From: Eledone cirrhosa | Lineage: Eukaryota | NCBI GenBank assembly: GCA_964016885.1 | Contig: OZ024743.1 | Location: 37,634,001-37,698,000, forward strand | Reading direction: 5' to 3' | Length of the DNA: 64,000 nucleotides | Shown: in pieces, positions 60,076 through 64,000 of the stretch | Layout of the letters: every line of letters begins with the position of its first letter | How positions within the stretch are numbered: position 1 is the stretch's first letter | Position numbers and translations under genes: made by a program | Notes under the pieces: model-generated | What the model was told of the DNA's origin: nothing | The model's database searches: none | Seen by the model: only the letters and a program-made list of their open reading frames with translations

Positions 60076-60517
60076 CATAAAATGGGGTGCGGCTTCATTT
60101 TATTAAGCCTCTGACCGTTACGAGTCAGTGGTCGTGAGAAATGATAGTCATGAAGGATTTCAACTCCTAAAGAAAACTCATCTAGGTAATCGAAGGGCTG
60201 TACGAAAACACAAAGTGTATACTTCTCCCTCATGAACTTCTTTAAAACAAACCGGCAGTTTATAAAGGACGCCCCCCCCCCCTCTCGGGTGATTTTCAAC
60301 ATCTTCCTGGAGAACATAATAAAAGATATTTACCTTTCCAAAATAAACAACAAACGCCACATAACGACCAAGTGATCAAAATACACAACACTAGAAAATA
60401 TTTAACTTTGAAATGCATATTTTTATAAGCTAACCATACACGAAACCAGTCAGTGTAATAACAAAAGCGATAAAAATGATGCATTTTTCAGCCATCATTT
60501 ATTTAAAAAGAAATTAT

Positions 60518-61140
60518 AATTTGTTATACTTTGGGAGGGTCCTGTTGCCAATAAGAAACACACGCACCAGTTGCTTTCACTTCAATTTATTATATATTTA
60601 TAAATTTACAAATTTATAAATTTCTGGTTGGTTGGTTCCACAACCAGATAGTTGTTTATATATAGTCATAGTTCTTTCGTCACACACTCTGTGACCTCTT
60701 CAGTGACTGGGGATTCCTTTCTTTGTTTCTGTGCCTCTCCTTTGTTCTGTCCTACGCCATTTTGTTTCTGTGTGTGTGTTGTGTGCTCAGTCTGCGCATG
60801 CGCCACATCCGGATGTCTGTGTGTGTTTATGTTCGTTTATCTATTTGTTTATTTACATGTTACTGGTTGGTTGTTTGTTCTATGTGTGTGTGTGTTTTCA
60901 TTTTGTCCTTAATTGTAAGTTGTGATGTTGCTGTTCCACTCATATTTTCTATTTAATTTCGGTTGTAATTCTTTTATGTTTATTGCCTCTGTAATTTGTC
61001 TAAACATTGCGTCTTTTCTGTGTGCAGATTCTATTTTTATTTCTATGTTCTCTAATTTACCCTTGTGTTCTATCTTAGCATGTTGGTAGAGTACAGATGA
61101 TTCTTTATTATCTTGAAGGTCTCGCCAGTGTTCATTTATT
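60518..61140 (-). mobile_element. PLE 3' end (GIY-YIG C-terminus, possibly Nematis-like) with hammerhead pLTR
   Basis: Minus strand reads INEHWRDL..SVLYQHA..H..FRQITEAINI..LNRKYEWG. Related pLTR copies at 20053-20335 (+) and ~55480-55560. Confidence 0.75.
60675..60703 (-). ncRNA. Hammerhead ribozyme core
   Basis: CTGAAGA g gtcaca gagtg tgtgac GAAA, directly 3' of a GIY-YIG remnant. Confidence 0.72.
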
Positions 61141-61237
61141 ATAATTTATTTTGTATGAACTATTTTCATTTTTGTTGTTTACTGTAAATGTTCATTTGTG
61201 TAAAAAATGTATTAGGTGCATCTTCAAAGTTTTATAA

Positions 61238-61714
61238 TTTTCCCCATATAAAGGGCGGTGAATTGACATTATTGGTAGAGTTGGATACCAAGCTTTGCAG
61301 CATAGAGTTACGGTCCTTTACTGTCTGAGTTCAAATCCCGCCGAGGTTAACTTTCCCTTTCATCCTTACGGGTCGATAAAATAAAGTACCAGTCACGTAC
61401 TGGGGTCGATTTAATCGACTTTCCCCTCCCCCAAAATTGCTGGCCTTGTGCCTATATAAGAAACCATTATTTTCCCCATATAAAGGGCGGTGGATTGACA
61501 TTATAGGTAGAGTTGGATACCAAGCTTTGCCGCATAGAGTTACGGTCCTTTACTGTCTGAGTTCAAATCCCGCCGAGGTTAACTTTGCCTTTCATCCTTA
61601 CGGGGTCGATAAAATAAAGCACCAGTAACGTACTGGAGTCGATTTAATCGACTTTCCCCTCCCCACAAATTACTGGCCTTGTGCCTATACTAGAAATCTT
61701 TATGTTCCCCATAT
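61238..61714 (+). mobile_element. Tandem dimer of long-variant SINE
   Basis: Two ~231-bp units; ttccccatat occurs before, between and after them. Confidence 0.88.
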
Positions 61715-63556
61715 TACATGATTTGTAGAGGACACTTATAAATTTTTCCTTCTCTCTATATATGTAGATAGATTATACGGACATATTCATGGATAGATAG
61801 AGATAGAATATGATGCTAATTCTGAATATCGACGTTCAGAAATGTTTAGAAATGCTTGATTTTAATGTAAACCAAACACATGTAAACTGACCGTCTGGAA
61901 TCCTCTGTTGGTGCTTGCCATTATATAACAATTTAACACTCATATGTAATTGTGCTATTGATATCGTTATTGACATTATCTTGAATACATCTATAAATGT
62001 TTACAAACATTGAGATTCTCACATGAAAATAGAATCTTTATTACAAGACACGTGCATTTAAACAATGGAAGTATTTGTCCAATATCCCCTTTAGTCATCG
62101 AAAAGATTATAGTTATGTTATAAATACAACTAACTAAACAGAGATTTAGTAGCTATACATACGGCGTGAAAAAAATGGTATATCTTTCTTAAACATATAA
62201 ATTTTCTATATTTTCTAAAATAATTACAATTTCTTTCTTTTACGTCCCTACGTTTTCTATTGCACTTAGCATTCAAACACAATAGAGATCATCTATTTCT
62301 ACAATGTTGCAATCAAAATTACTCGGAGTGTTTCAGCTCACGTCACACTATATGTACAATTATACAGTACGAGCAGAAAAAATATCCTTCGGGTGGTTTT
62401 CTGCTGGCATGTGTAGTGTGCATACTCTTTTATTCTTTTATCTGTTGCAGCCATCCGGCTGAGGCCATACTGGGGCACCGCTCTTAACAATTAGAGATGC
62501 AAATTGATATACATATAGATATGTTGCATCAAATGAAATCGTAACTGGCATTATACACAGAAATTGAACGATGTGTGCGTTACACTGTATTATGTAATCA
62601 GTAAAGTAATCCATGATACATTAAAAAAAGACGATATTATATATAAACTGCATTAAGAAAAAAATTAATGGCGGAAATATATGATTGTTTATATAAGTGA
62701 TCGCTAACCGGAAGTGTCGACATTTGAAAATTTTAAAGAAGTGAATCTTAAAATAAGCAATAAAATTATTTATATTCATTCAAGAATTATTCATTCATTA
62801 TTTATTCAAAGTAATCCAACTTATTTTACAAACGGGATAAAAAAAATATATAGTCCGGACGCAGCCCCGCACTCCTTTCTTTATTATAGTTAAGATTTCT
62901 ACAAATTTCCGTTGAGATATTTTGCTCAACCATATTGTTAATAATCATAATCATCATCCCTATATTCCGTTTCTATCTGTATATATTGAACACTCGTACC
63001 ATATGAGCAACATAACATATGGGCAGTTTATGATTTTCTAAAGAGGTCTAATAAAACCTAAATATTCTTTCCATCAGTTGGATTTTAAGACTTGATCCAC
63101 TAACATACTGAACTTTTCTTCATGCCCAAAATTGAAATTTCATGAATTTTAAAGTTCCTCTCAATTTGAAGACGCATGAATAGAATACTTATTTGATGGG
63201 ATTCCTCTTTTAATAATGTTACATATGTGATAGGTCACCTTGCTCAATTGTGCAGAACACCGCTTGTACTATTTTCACTCAGCCATAACGCATTATATAT
63301 AGATAGATTGATATAGCTATATATGTATATAGATAGATAGATAGATATGTATTCTTATATATGCATGAGTATATGATTTATAGCGTGGGATACTGGGAGC
63401 CAGTATGAATGTATAGAGTGCACTTAAAACAAACAAAACTGTAATGCAAGAGTAAACATAGCAAGAAAATTGAATTTGTAGATGTGGATGTATTGCACAC
63501 ACAAATACATATATTTACACACACACCACACGAACAAACACTAACACACACATACA

Positions 63557-63594
<38 letters not shown>

Positions 63595-64000
63595 CACATA
63601 CACACACACGCATATATATACTGTGTATTTTGGCTTTGTTATATCTGTTTAATATTACACGCATACACAAACAGACACAGGCACAGAACACATAGACACA
63701 CACACACACATACACACACACACACACACATACACATGTATATATTGTATGTGAGGGTGAGTGGATGGGCGTGTGTATATGTGTGTTTAGATGTATATAT
63801 AAATATATTGATGTATTTATGGGCAACATGAATCTAATTTTTTTCATCTTAATCCCCTATAACTAGTCTCAAATTCTACACATCGTATCACGTTTGCTAA
63901 ACTGTAACAGATAGGATAACAAAGATACATGTATGATTAATTAAAAGTCAACAGCACTTGATTGAATCATAACAAAACAAAGCAGGTCCACGAGAAACCA

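Overview
This is AT-rich eukaryotic DNA with no host gene I can support. The microsatellite load and SINE families suggest a cephalopod such as Octopus (inference). The window is almost entirely retrotransposons and (TA)n/(CA)n/(GA)n/(TATC)n tracts. It holds one young, near-intact Neptune-like Penelope-like element (PLE; RT + GIY-YIG) with ~580-bp inverted arms and several Naiad-like PLE copies. It also has many pseudo-LTR (pLTR) remnants with hammerhead-ribozyme cores, decayed R4/Dong, Tx1 and RTE LINEs, tRNA-derived SINEs and two MITEs. Best lead: the Neptune-like PLE has two ORFs. A coiled-coil ORF1 overlaps the RT-EN frame at an in-phase T_TTT_TTA heptamer (38358-38364), which suggests gag-pol-like programmed -1 frameshifting. 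Most short ORFs in the track are microsatellite artefacts.
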